Shown: one piece after another, positions 50,044-61,642 of the stretch
How positions within the stretch are numbered: the first letter of the stretch is position 1
Layout: the number at the start of each line of letters is the position of its first letter
From: Desulfomicrobium sp.
Lineage (GTDB): Bacteria > Desulfobacterota > Desulfovibrionia > Desulfovibrionales > Desulfomicrobiaceae
Reading direction: 5' to 3'
DNA: 64,000 bases
NCBI GenBank assembly: GCA_040768745.1
Contig: JAXGMI010000001.1
Coordinates: forward strand, 800,001 to 864,000
Notes under the pieces: generated by a model
Told to the model about the DNA's origin: nothing
The model's input: the letters and a program-made list of their open reading frames with translations, nothing else
Databases searched by the model: none
Position numbers and translations under genes: made by a program

Positions 50044-53025
50044 ATGCCGATCCGCGTCGAAGTGGCTCTGCGCGAGACAGTGACCGATACCCAGGGCAAC
50101 AAGACCGCCCATAAGATCAAGAGCGAACTTGGGCTGAGTGTTGATCAGGTCCGCATCATCCGGATTTATACCATCGAAGGACTGAATGCAGCGCAGGTCG
50201 ATGCGGCCATTGCCGCGGGAGCCTTGCATGACCCGGTCCTGCATACGGCCCAAACCGGTCCGGCCGCAACCGGGTTCGACTGGATCATCGAGGTGGGTTT
50301 CCGGCCCGGAGTCACCGACAACGAGGGACGCACGGCCAAAGAAACACTGCGCACCGTCCTGGGGGACCGCAAGGCGGACATCTCCGTCTACACCTCCACG
50401 CAATACCTGATCCGGGCACGTCTGGACCGGCATCAGGTGGAGCATATCGCCCGGGACCTCCTGGCCAACGAGCTTATCCAGCGCTTCCAGATCGCGGACA
50501 AGGCATCCTGGGACGCAAATCCGGGTTTTCCGGCCCGCACGGCCAAAGTCACGGGCGCGGCGTCCAGCACCGTGGAGATCGTTGATCTCCAGCGCCTGGA
50601 CGACGACGGACTGATGAAGCTGTCCCGTGACGGCGTGCTGGCCCTGAATCTGGAGGAAATGCGCTGCATCCGCGATTACTTCACCCGGCCCGAGGTCGTG
50701 GCCCGTCGCCGGGCCACGGGTCTCCCCCACGCACCCACCGACGCCGAGCTCGAATGCCTGGCCCAGACCTGGTCGGAGCACTGCAAGCACAAGATATTCA
50801 GTTCCCGCATCGACTACGAGAACCGCGCGAACGGCACCAGGGCTGAAATCAACAATCTCTACAAGACGTATATCCAGGGCAGCACCCGGCTCCTTCGCCA
50901 GCGCATGGGAACAGACGATTTCTGCCTCTCCGTGTTCAAGGACAACGCCGGCGTGATCCGCTTCAGCGATGACATGAACGTGTGCATCAAGGTCGAGACG
51001 CACAACAGTCCCTCGGCCCTGGACCCCTACGGCGGGGCCCTGACCGGCATCGTCGGGGTCAACCGCGACCCCATGGGCACGGGCCTGGGCGCCAATCTCC
51101 TGTGCAACACCAACGTGTTCTGCTTCGCCTCGCCTTTTTATGACGGCGAGCTGCCGCCGCGTCTGCTGCATCCACGCCGGGTCTTCGAAGGGGTGCGTGA
51201 AGGAGTGGAGCACGGCGGCAACAAATCCGGCATCCCCACGGTAAATGGCGCCATCGTCTTTCACGAGCGTTTCCTGGGCAAGCCCCTGGTCTTCTGCGGC
51301 ACCATCGGGACCATGCCGGCCACAGTGGCCGGCCGGACCAGTCACGAAAAGAAAGCCCAGGCCGGTGACCGCATCGTCATGGCCGGCGGCCGTATCGGCA
51401 AGGACGGCATTCACGGGGCCACCTTCTCCTCCGAAGAGCTGCACGAGGGCTCGCCAGCCACGGCCGTGCAGATCGGCGACCCCATAACCCAGCGCAAAAT
51501 GTATGATTTCCTGATGCGTGCCCGCAATCTCGGGCTGTACAACGCCATCACCGACAATGGCGCAGGCGGCTTGAGCTCATCTGTGGGGGAGATGGCCCAG
51601 GACTGCGGCGGCTGCGACATGGACCTGGCCAAGGCCCCTCTCAAGTACGATGGGTTGCGGCCCTGGGAGATCCTCGTGTCCGAGGCCCAGGAGCGCATGA
51701 CCCTGGCCGTGCCGCCAACTCGCCTCGCGGCCTTTACGGACCTGGCCGAAGAAATGGACGTGGAAGTCACGGACCTCGGTGAATTCACGGACTCGGGCTA
51801 TCTGCACGTCCGCTACGGGGACAGGATCGTGGCTGATCTGGACATGGCCTTCCTGCACGACGGCGCGCCCCAGATGCGCCTCGCGGCCGTATGGGAGCCC
51901 CCCCGCACCTGCTGCTGCGGAACTTCCGAAGAGGCCAGGGTCCTGGACCATCAGGATTTCCTGCATGTTATGCTCGGCCGTCTGAACATCTGTTCCCGCG
52001 AATATGTCATCCGCCAGTACGACCACGAGGTCCAGGGCGGCAGCGTGATCAAGCCCCTGGTCGGCGCGCAGGAGGACGGCCCCGCCGACGCGGCCGTGAT
52101 CAGGCCGCAGCTGGGCAGCAACCGGGCGCTGGTCATCGCCAATGGCATCTGCCCGAAATTGAGCGATCTGGACACCTACTGGATGATGGCCTGTGCCATC
52201 GATGAAGGCGTGCGCAACGCCGTGGCCGCAGGCGCGGACATCCGGCACATGGCCGGGGTGGACAACTTCTGCTGGTGCGACCCGGTCCAGTCCGAAAAAA
52301 CGCCCGATGGCCACTACAAGATGGCCCAGCTGGTCCGGGCCAACCAGGCCCTGGCCCACTACTGCCTCGCCTACGGCGTGCCCTGCGTGTCCGGCAAGGA
52401 CTCCATGAAGAACGACTACACGGGCGGCGGCACCAAGATCTCCATCCCGCCCACGGTCCTCTTCTCGGTCATGGGAGTGGTCCCCGACTGCACCAAGACC
52501 ATGACCTCGGACTTCAAGCGCCCCGATGAGGCGGTCTATGTCCTGGGCCTGACCCGGAACGAACTTGGCGGATCTGAGTACGCCGACCAGCTCGGCCTGT
52601 GCGGCAGCGTGCCGCAGGTGGACGCGGTTCCAGCCCGCACCCGCTACGAACGCATGCACCTGGCCATCACCTCAGGTCTCCTGACGGCGGCCCACGACGT
52701 GTCCGACGGCGGCCTGGCCGTGTGCTTGGCCGAAATGGCCCTGGCCGGAAGGATCGGCGCGGACATCGACATGGACAAAGTCCCGGCCCTGGATTGTCCC
52801 CTGCCCGAACAGCGCCTGTACAGCGAGTCGGCCAGCCGCTTCGTGGTCACCGTGCCCTCCGACAGGCGGGCAGCCTTCGAAGCCCTCTTTTGCGGCGATT
52901 TCATGGCATCCATCGGCCGGACCACAGCCGACGGCACCCTGACCCTGCGCGCCGGAGACAAAACCCTGGTCAGCGCGGAGGTCGAAGGTCTGGCCCTGGC
53001 CTGGAAAAAGACCCTGGATTTTTAG
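50044..53025 (+). CDS. purL: Phosphoribosylformylglycinamidine synthase, synthetase subunit (no glutaminase domain)
   Basis: QTWSEHCKHK, KVETHNSPS, DNGAGG, SEAQERM, QYDHEV and HDVSDGG motifs. Confidence 0.95.
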   Translation: MPIRVEVALRETVTDTQGNKTAHKIKSELGLSVDQVRIIRIYTIEGLNAAQVDAAIAAGALHDPVLHTAQTGPAATGFDWIIEVGFRPGVTDNEGRTAKETLRTVLGDRKADISVYTSTQYLIRARLDRHQVEHIARDLLANELIQRFQIADKASWDANPGFPARTAKVTGAASSTVEIVDLQRLDDDGLMKLSRDGVLALNLEEMRCIRDYFTRPEVVARRRATGLPHAPTDAELECLAQTWSEHCKHKIFSSRIDYENRANGTRAEINNLYKTYIQGSTRLLRQRMGTDDFCLSVFKDNAGVIRFSDDMNVCIKVETHNSPSALDPYGGALTGIVGVNRDPMGTGLGANLLCNTNVFCFASPFYDGELPPRLLHPRRVFEGVREGVEHGGNKSGIPTVNGAIVFHERFLGKPLVFCGTIGTMPATVAGRTSHEKKAQAGDRIVMAGGRIGKDGIHGATFSSEELHEGSPATAVQIGDPITQRKMYDFLMRARNLGLYNAITDNGAGGLSSSVGEMAQDCGGCDMDLAKAPLKYDGLRPWEILVSEAQERMTLAVPPTRLAAFTDLAEEMDVEVTDLGEFTDSGYLHVRYGDRIVADLDMAFLHDGAPQMRLAAVWEPPRTCCCGTSEEARVLDHQDFLHVMLGRLNICSREYVIRQYDHEVQGGSVIKPLVGAQEDGPADAAVIRPQLGSNRALVIANGICPKLSDLDTYWMMACAIDEGVRNAVAAGADIRHMAGVDNFCWCDPVQSEKTPDGHYKMAQLVRANQALAHYCLAYGVPCVSGKDSMKNDYTGGGTKISIPPTVLFSVMGVVPDCTKTMTSDFKRPDEAVYVLGLTRNELGGSEYADQLGLCGSVPQVDAVPARTRYERMHLAITSGLLTAAHDVSDGGLAVCLAEMALAGRIGADIDMDKVPALDCPLPEQRLYSESASRFVVTVPSDRRAAFEALFCGDFMASIGRTTADGTLTLRAGDKTLVSAEVEGLALAWKKTLDF

Positions 53026-53052
53026 AAGGATGCCTCCGGCGGGCAGGGCGCA

Positions 53053-53107
53053 CAAAAAATCCAGGCCCGATGCGTATTCTGACATACGTGCGGGCCTGGA
53101 TTTTTTG
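53053..53107. terminator. Bidirectional terminator between purL and pyk
   Basis: 17-bp perfect inverted repeat CAAAAAATCCAGGCCCG / CGGGCCTGGATTTTTTG. Confidence 0.85.
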
Positions 53108-53148
53108 CAGCAACGCCGCAGATTGCCGTTTTTCAACGGCCGGCAGCA

Positions 53149-54570
53149 CTACTTGTAGTACACCTTGATCTCGTTGGTCATGACCGTGCCCATGCCCGGC
53201 GTGGCCTGCCCACTGGCGATGATCACGTTCTCTCCTGGCTTGAACCCGGAGTGTTCCTGCACGAATTTCTCGGCCCGCTTTTGATGGCTCTTGAGTTCCG
53301 TGGTGCTTTCCACAGGGGTGAGCCCCCAGAAGAAGTTCATCCAGCGCATGATCCGCGCGTCAGTGGTCATGGCGTAGATGGGCTGGGCCGGACGGCGGGA
53401 GCTGATGTACCGGGCTGTAGCCCCTGTGGTCGAATGGCACACCAGCGCGGCGCTGTCCGCGTTTTCGGCCATGAGGCAGGCCGAATACGCCAGGAACTTG
53501 GGTGGATTTTTTTCGGCCTTGGGCTTGAAGGGCCCGCCGATTCGATCCAGGAAATAGGGTTCAGCGTACTGTGCGATTTCATTGATAAAGCGGACGGCTT
53601 CCACCGGGTAGCTGCCGACGGCCGTTTCCTCGGACAGCATGACGCAGTCGGTGCCGTCCAGCATGGCGTTGGCCACATCCGTGGATTCTGCACGGGTGGG
53701 TATGGGGTTCTTGACCATGGACAGCAGCATCTGCGTGGCCACGATGGCCGGTTTCTGGGCGTGGCGGCATGAGCGCAGGATCTTTTTCTGGATAATGGGA
53801 AGTTCTGCCGGGCTGCACTCCAGGCCCAGATCCCCGCGCGCGACCATGATGGCGTCCGCCACGTCCAGAATGGAATCGAGCTTGTCCACGGCGTTTTTGC
53901 GTTCGACCTTGGCCACCACAGGGATCCAGGTCCCGTGCTTGGAAATTTCCGTCTTGATGTCCTCGATGTCTTCCTTGCTCTGCACGAAAGATAACGCCAC
54001 GGCGTCAATGCCGATGTCCAACCCCTCATGCAGGTCGCGTCGATCCTTTTCGGTCATGGCCGCAACCCGCAGGGTCTTGCCCGGAAAGGCAATGCCCTTG
54101 TTGGAGGTCAGGATGCCGCCGTTGATGGCCTCCATGAGGACCAAGCGGTCGGGCTCGATGACCCGGCTGACCCGGAACTGCAGCATCCCGTCGGACAGGG
54201 ACACGGGCATGCCCACCTCCAGACCTTCCAACAGCTCCGGCACATCCAGACTGATGAAAATATTGTCTCCAGCCTGGCCGGCCATGTCCGATGCGCCCAG
54301 CATGACCTGAACTCCCTTGCTGATCTGCAAGGGGGAACCCTTGACCTCGCCGATGCGGATCTTGGGTCCGCACAGATCACCCATAACCGTCAGGCAGATT
54401 CCGGTCTCGGCCTCCACCTGACGGATTTTCTGGATGACCGGCTTGAAATAGGCTGCGTCGGAATGAGAAAAATTGAGGCGGAAAACCCTCACTCCGAGCA
54501 TGACCATCTGCTGCATGACCTGCTGGTCCATGGATGCCGGGCCCAGGGTGGCCACTATCTTTGTACGCAT
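53149..54570 (-). CDS. pyk: Pyruvate kinase
   Basis: RTKIVATLGP, RLNFSH, IMVARGDLG, ATQML.SM and DCVMLS.ETA motifs. Confidence 0.97.
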   Translation of the reverse strand: MRTKIVATLGPASMDQQVMQQMVMLGVRVFRLNFSHSDAAYFKPVIQKIRQVEAETGICLTVMGDLCGPKIRIGEVKGSPLQISKGVQVMLGASDMAGQAGDNIFISLDVPELLEGLEVGMPVSLSDGMLQFRVSRVIEPDRLVLMEAINGGILTSNKGIAFPGKTLRVAAMTEKDRRDLHEGLDIGIDAVALSFVQSKEDIEDIKTEISKHGTWIPVVAKVERKNAVDKLDSILDVADAIMVARGDLGLECSPAELPIIQKKILRSCRHAQKPAIVATQMLLSMVKNPIPTRAESTDVANAMLDGTDCVMLSEETAVGSYPVEAVRFINEIAQYAEPYFLDRIGGPFKPKAEKNPPKFLAYSACLMAENADSAALVCHSTTGATARYISSRRPAQPIYAMTTDARIMRWMNFFWGLTPVESTTELKSHQKRAEKFVQEHSGFKPGENVIIASGQATPGMGTVMTNEIKVYYK

Positions 54571-54599
54571 GTGTTTATCCTCGTATTGGTTGTTGCTGA

Positions 54600-56438
54600 C
54601 TAGAAAATTCCATACAGGGGCCGTCCTGGCAGGGCAAGCTCATCCACCTTTTTTTCGATTTCCGGCACGTCCTGCAATGGCGGGGCGTGATAGGTCTTGA
54701 GCCGGGCGTCGACGACCACGGCTCGGCAGCCCCAATGCTTGCAACGGGTGAATGCCCCCAGGCCGTAAATGTCCGTGGCTGGATCGGACCGAGTGAACGT
54801 CACCCACAGAAAATTGTCCCAGGAACTGGCTGCGAAGTCCGCGTCGTCGGCCACAACGATGAGCGGAAAGCCGTCCAACCCCGTGGCCTGCTCCAGAACG
54901 CGGCACAAGCCGTCCATGGCCGGGTCCTGAGTGTCGCGCGGCTGGCCGTGAGGCGGCCCGGAAAGAATCAGGATGCCCGGCGCGAAAAGGCGGGGCGAAT
55001 GGAACCCGTCCGGCAAGGGCAGGCCGTCCGGAAGACGCGTGGCCATGGCCCGCTTGGGGTTTCCGGCAGCGGCCCACAGCGCCTTGGAGCCCTGGTTCAG
55101 GCTGATGCCGGAATAGTCCAGGGTATCCATGGTTGTGCGGGTGATGAAGTGCAGGTCGCGGGAGAGGTCCAGCCGCTCCAGCACATGGTGAAAAAAGGCG
55201 GGCACATTGTGGCAGGACAGGGCCGGATTGTCTTGGCGCGCGGCCAGGACGACGTATTTGGAGAGCGATGTCTGGGTGTTGCCCAGCAGCGACATGCCGT
55301 TGGTGATCAGCTCCTGCGGCTGGCGTTCGCCGGCGTACGGCACGTAGCGCTCGCTGCCCACGGCCAGAAGAAGCGGATGAACCCCGGCCGCATCCACGGC
55401 GTGGACCTCGTGCACCCCGCCGAAGACCTGCGGCACAAGATCGGCCGTCAGTTCGTGGATGAAGGCGCCGAACATGGTGTCTTCCTGCGGTGGGCGGCCC
55501 ACCGTGGTGAACGGCCAGACGGCATCCTCCCGATGCAGCACCTCCTCCACCCGCATGACGGGAAAATCATGCACCAGGCTGTAATAACCCAGATGGTCGC
55601 CAAACGGTCCTTCGGGCTTCTGAGCGCGCGGGTCGATACGCCCCCGGATGCAAAAATCGGCCTCCGCCAGGATGGGAAGTTGACCGGGCATTTTGACCAT
55701 GGGGATGCGGTGTCCGGCCAGGGCCCCGGCGAAAAGGATCTCGGCCATGCCTTCGGGCAGGGGCATGATGGCGGCCAGTGTCATGGCCGGCGGACCGCCC
55801 ACGAAAATGTTGACCGGCAGGGCCTGGCCGCGGGCAATGGCCTCGGCGTGGTGATACCCGATGCCGCGATGGATCTGGTAGTGCAGGCCCACTTCGCGGT
55901 CTTGTTCGAACGCGTTGCCCGAGAGCTGGATGCGGTACATGCCCAGATTGGAACCCATGAGGCCTGGCCTGGACGGGCTCTCGGTGTACACCAGAGGCAG
56001 GGTCACATAGGCCCCGCCGTCTCCGGGCCAGGACACCAGCTGGGGCAGCTGCGAAACCGCGGTCTTCCGGGCCAGAACCGGGCCGTCCCTGACCGTCTTG
56101 GGCAGGGTATGCCACCCGCCCAGGGCCACGGCTGGCCACAGGCGGGGCCTTTTGAGAACCGCGGGCGGATCGGCTTTGGCCGCGAGCATGGCCTCCACCC
56201 GGCGCAGGGTCGAGCGGAAGATAAACTTGGTCCGTTCCAGCGTGCCGAAAATATTGGCGGCCATGGGGAAGCGCGAGCCCTTGACGTTGGTGAAGAGCAG
56301 GGCCGGCCCCCCGGCCCGGAAGACCCGGCGTTGGATGGCGCCGGCCTCCAGACAGGGGTCCACCAGCGTGTCGATGCGGACAAGTTGCCTGGTCCGCTCC
56401 AGATCATCGAGGCAGGATTTGAGATTTCGATGGATCAT
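54600..56438 (-). CDS. UbiD-family decarboxylase (possibly futalosine pathway)
   Basis: NLGMYR.Q, EGPFGDH.GYY and GRPPQED motifs. Confidence 0.9.
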   Translation of the reverse strand: MIHRNLKSCLDDLERTRQLVRIDTLVDPCLEAGAIQRRVFRAGGPALLFTNVKGSRFPMAANIFGTLERTKFIFRSTLRRVEAMLAAKADPPAVLKRPRLWPAVALGGWHTLPKTVRDGPVLARKTAVSQLPQLVSWPGDGGAYVTLPLVYTESPSRPGLMGSNLGMYRIQLSGNAFEQDREVGLHYQIHRGIGYHHAEAIARGQALPVNIFVGGPPAMTLAAIMPLPEGMAEILFAGALAGHRIPMVKMPGQLPILAEADFCIRGRIDPRAQKPEGPFGDHLGYYSLVHDFPVMRVEEVLHREDAVWPFTTVGRPPQEDTMFGAFIHELTADLVPQVFGGVHEVHAVDAAGVHPLLLAVGSERYVPYAGERQPQELITNGMSLLGNTQTSLSKYVVLAARQDNPALSCHNVPAFFHHVLERLDLSRDLHFITRTTMDTLDYSGISLNQGSKALWAAAGNPKRAMATRLPDGLPLPDGFHSPRLFAPGILILSGPPHGQPRDTQDPAMDGLCRVLEQATGLDGFPLIVVADDADFAASSWDNFLWVTFTRSDPATDIYGLGAFTRCKHWGCRAVVVDARLKTYHAPPLQDVPEIEKKVDELALPGRPLYGIF

Positions 56439-56566
56439 GTCGTCTCCGTGGGTTGGAGACACGGTTCTAGGCAAGAGGGGCCTGTTTGTCATCTTTTCTG
56501 ATCTTCAGACTGGACCCTGTCCTCCCTCCGGGCTATGCATCGCCGAAACGCATCATGGAGACATCT

Positions 56567-57481
56567 ATGGCTATTCCGGATTTTCAAACCATCATGCTGC
56601 CCCTGCTCTCCTTGGCCGGGGATCACGCCGAGCATTCCCTGGCCCAAGCACGCGAAGTCCTGGCCCGGCATTTCGCCCTGACTCCAGAAGAGCTGGCAGC
56701 TAAACTCCCCAGCGGACGGCAGACAACCTTCAGTAACCGCGTGGCCTGGGCCAAGGTCTATTTGACCATGGCCGGCCTGCTCGGATCACCCAAGCGCGGA
56801 ATGCTGAGGATCACCCCCCTGGGCGAAACTGTTCTCCGCGATCCGCCTGAACGCATGACTATCAAGTTTCTCGAACAATTCCCATCGTTCCTCCAATTCC
56901 GAAAGGGAGCGGACAATACTCCGCAAAATGATCCAGAATACCTGACTCCCGCCAACGGATCCGAAACCCCCGTGGAGCTGCTCGAATCCGCCTGCCTGCA
57001 GCTCCGAAATGAGCTGGCCGCATCACTGACCCGGCACATCAAGACTAATTCCTGGGAATTTTTCGAAGATCTGGTGGTTAAGCTTCTCGTGACCATGGGT
57101 TACGGAGGTTCGGTCAAAGACGCGGGTCAGGCGACGCGGAAAACAGCGGACCAGGGGATCGACGGCATCATCAAGCAGGATAGGCTAGGCCTTGATACCA
57201 TCTACCTGCAGGCAAAACGGTGGGAAGGGGTTGTCGGCAGGCCGGAAATCCAAAAATTCGTCGGCGCCCTGCACGGTCAACGCGCCAAAAAAGGCATCTT
57301 CATCACCACCAGTCATTTTTCTGCTGAAGCGAGGGACTACGCCCGGCAGATCGACCCCAAGATCGTCATCATCGACGGGGCGGAACTGGTCCAGCTCATG
57401 ATCGACCATGACCTGGGCGTGAGTCCTGTCGAAACCTATGTCATCAAGCGCGTGGATACGGACTTTTTTGTGGAGGATTGA
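56567..57481 (+). CDS. mrr: Mrr-family (type IV) restriction endonuclease
   Basis: IPDFQ..MLPLL, LPSG....NRV.WA..YL, FE.LV..LL..MGY, D.GIDG and YLQAKRW motifs. Confidence 0.95.
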   Translation: MAIPDFQTIMLPLLSLAGDHAEHSLAQAREVLARHFALTPEELAAKLPSGRQTTFSNRVAWAKVYLTMAGLLGSPKRGMLRITPLGETVLRDPPERMTIKFLEQFPSFLQFRKGADNTPQNDPEYLTPANGSETPVELLESACLQLRNELAASLTRHIKTNSWEFFEDLVVKLLVTMGYGGSVKDAGQATRKTADQGIDGIIKQDRLGLDTIYLQAKRWEGVVGRPEIQKFVGALHGQRAKKGIFITTSHFSAEARDYARQIDPKIVIIDGAELVQLMIDHDLGVSPVETYVIKRVDTDFFVED

Positions 57482-57484
57482 TTT

Positions 57485-57883
57485 TCAGTGATAGAAGCGG
57501 ATCTGCACGTTGGGGCTCTGCCGCCACTCGTCGAACTTCTTCCGGAGCCAACGTTTGAAGATGTCGCGAGTGCCGGGCAGCAGGATCAGAAGCCCGGCGA
57601 CGTCCGTCAGGAAACCCGGGGCCAGCAGGACCATGCCGGCCAGGAAGATGAGCAGGCCGTCCAGAAGTTCCTCTGCCGGCATGTAGCCCTGGGCCAGGTT
57701 CTCGCGAATGCGCAGCATGACCGAGAGCCCCTGCATGCGGGCCAGGTACGCCCCGGCCAGGGCAGTCAGGAGTACCAGGGCAATGGTCGGCAAGACGCCG
57801 ATGACGCTGCCGACACTGACCAGAACGTAGATCTCGGCCACGGGTACGACGGCAAAGAGCAGAAAAAGCTTGCCGAACATCAT
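57485..57883 (-). CDS. fxsA: FxsA family membrane protein
   Basis: PVAEIYVL, QG, LLAPGFLTD..GL motifs. Confidence 0.93.
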   Translation of the reverse strand: MMFGKLFLLFAVVPVAEIYVLVSVGSVIGVLPTIALVLLTALAGAYLARMQGLSVMLRIRENLAQGYMPAEELLDGLLIFLAGMVLLAPGFLTDVAGLLILLPGTRDIFKRWLRKKFDEWRQSPNVQIRFYH

Positions 57884-59115
57884 CCCTCCCGGCCCGCCAG
57901 CTGGTCCATGGTCTCGCGGTCGCGCAGGCCCAGGAAGTAGAGCACACCGTCCAGACCGACGTTGGAGATGGCCTGTCCCGCGCCCTGCCGGACCAGGGGT
58001 TTGGCATGGAAGGCAATGCCCAGGCCGGCCACGTCGAGCATGGGCAGATCATTGGCCCCGTCGCCCACGGCGATGACCTGGGACAGGGAAATATTCTCCT
58101 TGGCCGCGATCTCCTTCAAAAGCCTCGCCTTGCCCGGACCGTCCACGATATCGCCCACCAGCCCGCCGGTCAGCGCGCCATCGCGGATCTCCAGTTCGTT
58201 GGCATACACATAGTCGAAGCCCAGCTTGTCCTGCAGACGGCGGCCGAAATAATTGAACCCGCCGGACAGGATGGCGATGGTGTAGCCAAGGTTTTTGAGG
58301 GTGCGGACGAGGCGCTCTGCCCCTTCGGTCATGGTCAGGGTGGCGGCCACGTCCTGCAGTACGGATTCGGACAACCCCTGGAGCAAGCCGACCCGCTTGC
58401 GCAGGCTCTGGCAAAAATCCAGCTCCCCGCGCATGGCCGCTTCCGTGATGGCCGCGACCTCGGCCCCCACTCCGGCGCGCTTGGCCAACTCGTCGATGAC
58501 CTCGGCCTGGATCAGGGTCGAATCCATGTCAAAACAGACCAGGCGACGAATGCGGCGGAAGGCGTTGTCCTCCTGAAACCCGATGTCGATGCCCTGCTCC
58601 CTGGAAAGATCCAGGAAGGCTGCCCGCATGGCCGAGATATCCCTGGGCGTGCCCCGCACCGAAAATTCCACACAGGCCCGGGGCATGGCCGGCGGCTTGG
58701 CCAGTGAACGGCGCCCGGACAGGCGGGTGATGCAATCCACGCTCAGACCGTTGGCTGTGATGACCTCGGACATGGCCGCCAGATTTGCGGCAGTGAGGGT
58801 CCGGCCCAACACCGTCACGATGTGCCGCCTGCGGCCTTGCATGCCGACCCAGCGTTCGTAGTCGTCCTCGGTCACGGGTGAAAATTTGAGATTGAGCCCC
58901 TGGTTGTGTGACCAGAACAGAAGGTCCTTCAGGATTGGCGAGGATTCATGCTCGCGCGGGACTTCAATGAGCACTCCGAAAGACAGGTCGTCGTGGATGA
59001 CGGACTGGCTGATGTCCAGGACAGTCACCCCGAAGGCGGCCAGCTGGCCCATGATCCCGGCCAACAGGCCGTCCCGATCAGCGCCGGACATTTGAATGAG
59101 GATGATTTCGCGCAT
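57880..59115 (-). CDS. serB: Phosphoserine phosphatase with ACT domains
   Basis: G.DR.G ACT domain, FDMDSTLI..EVIDE and VGDGANDL motifs. Confidence 0.95.
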   Translation of the reverse strand: MREIILIQMSGADRDGLLAGIMGQLAAFGVTVLDISQSVIHDDLSFGVLIEVPREHESSPILKDLLFWSHNQGLNLKFSPVTEDDYERWVGMQGRRRHIVTVLGRTLTAANLAAMSEVITANGLSVDCITRLSGRRSLAKPPAMPRACVEFSVRGTPRDISAMRAAFLDLSREQGIDIGFQEDNAFRRIRRLVCFDMDSTLIQAEVIDELAKRAGVGAEVAAITEAAMRGELDFCQSLRKRVGLLQGLSESVLQDVAATLTMTEGAERLVRTLKNLGYTIAILSGGFNYFGRRLQDKLGFDYVYANELEIRDGALTGGLVGDIVDGPGKARLLKEIAAKENISLSQVIAVGDGANDLPMLDVAGLGIAFHAKPLVRQGAGQAISNVGLDGVLYFLGLRDRETMDQLAGREG

Positions 59116-59244
59116 AGCTCTGATTACATCGATATTCTGAACGGAAGGACCGAATGCCTGACACAAAACCACGCATCCCGGTATGCACGCCCTGATCCAC
59201 GGGGATGGCCCCCCTTCGCATGCGGATGAGACCCGCAAAAAACA

Positions 59245-60090
59245 TCATTTGTGCAGAAGACCCCAGATGCGGATGGCCGCCCACTCCAGCACCACGGCCG
59301 GATTGGCGCCCACATCCAGGCTTTCGATTGCGTTTTCGACAATGACCCCGGCCTGCCGCACAGCCACCACATCCAATCGCCCCGCCAAAAGGCGGGCCAG
59401 ATCGGTCAGCGGGGCCCCGTATCCGGCCTGCACCAATGCACGCTGCACATCACGCAAAACCCGTCCGGCAAGGCGTACATCCACATTTCCCTTCCGTCCG
59501 GTCCACTCCAGCCACAGCCCTCTGCCGGATTGGATGAATTCGACCAGGGCCGCGATCCAATCCTGGATTTCGGGATCCTCCTCCCCCGCCCTGGGCCAAC
59601 CCAGGGTCAGCACGAAGCTGCGGGAGACCAGGGTCGGCAGCAGGACTTCCCGGCTGGGGGCCAGGAGGACAAAAACGTTCCCGAGCCGGGGCTCCTCCAG
59701 GGATTTGAGCAGGGCGTTGGCAGCGGCATCACCCAGGGCCTGGGCCTCGGCCAAAATGATGACCCGAGGCCCCCGACCGGCAGGGGGGTCGCCCAGCATG
59801 GCCCGGATTTCCCGCACGGTGTCGATGGCAATGGCACCTTCGGAACCGTTGACCAGCACGAGATCGCGAAAGGCATCATCCGCCACTTGCCTGCAGATCC
59901 GGCAAACCCCGCAGGGCGGTTCTGCCTCATGGCAACTGAGGCGCGCGGCCCAATACAGGCCCAAGCCCAACCGCTCCGCCTCGGTCCCGCCCTCCAACAG
60001 GAGGGACTTGGGCGGGGCCTGGGCCAGCCTGTCCAGAAAAACACGGATCCGGGGCTGTCGCGAGACAGATGCAGTCCAGGGCGCTGTCAT
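59245..60090 (-). CDS. holB: DNA polymerase III delta-prime subunit
   Basis: C...PCG.C..C, AANALLK.LEEP and LLPTLVSR motifs. Confidence 0.88.
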   Translation of the reverse strand: MTAPWTASVSRQPRIRVFLDRLAQAPPKSLLLEGGTEAERLGLGLYWAARLSCHEAEPPCGVCRICRQVADDAFRDLVLVNGSEGAIAIDTVREIRAMLGDPPAGRGPRVIILAEAQALGDAAANALLKSLEEPRLGNVFVLLAPSREVLLPTLVSRSFVLTLGWPRAGEEDPEIQDWIAALVEFIQSGRGLWLEWTGRKGNVDVRLAGRVLRDVQRALVQAGYGAPLTDLARLLAGRLDVVAVRQAGVIVENAIESLDVGANPAVVLEWAAIRIWGLLHK

Positions 60091-60114
60091 GGGAAAAGGG
60101 AAACGACCCGACCT

Positions 60115-61437
<1,323 letters not shown>

Positions 61438-61594
61438 TCACATTCTTTCCTACGGACTGCCAGCATTGAAGTCAATTTGGAGAGTCGATGGGTGGCCCAC
61501 GGCTCATTCAATTCCAGGCCATACAGTCCGTGCGGGTACCCCCAGCGCGGGATTTGCCGTTGGGCAGGGCCTGTGCTAGTGCCCCTTGAATTCA

Positions 61595-61619
61595 TGCGAC
61601 AGACCTGAGGTCTGTCGCA
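61595..61619. repeat. Perfect palindrome upstream of the purH-like gene
   Basis: TGCGACAGACC-TGA-GGTCTGTCGCA. Confidence 0.7.
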
Positions 61620-61642
61620 AACATTCTTTTCGGAGCACATCC

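Noticed and set aside
61440..61570. ZMP/ZTP (pfl) riboswitch before purH
   Set aside because: Only a loose GCCGTTGGGCA resemblance; the GACTGRCG core and its complementary CGYCTGG loop are absent.
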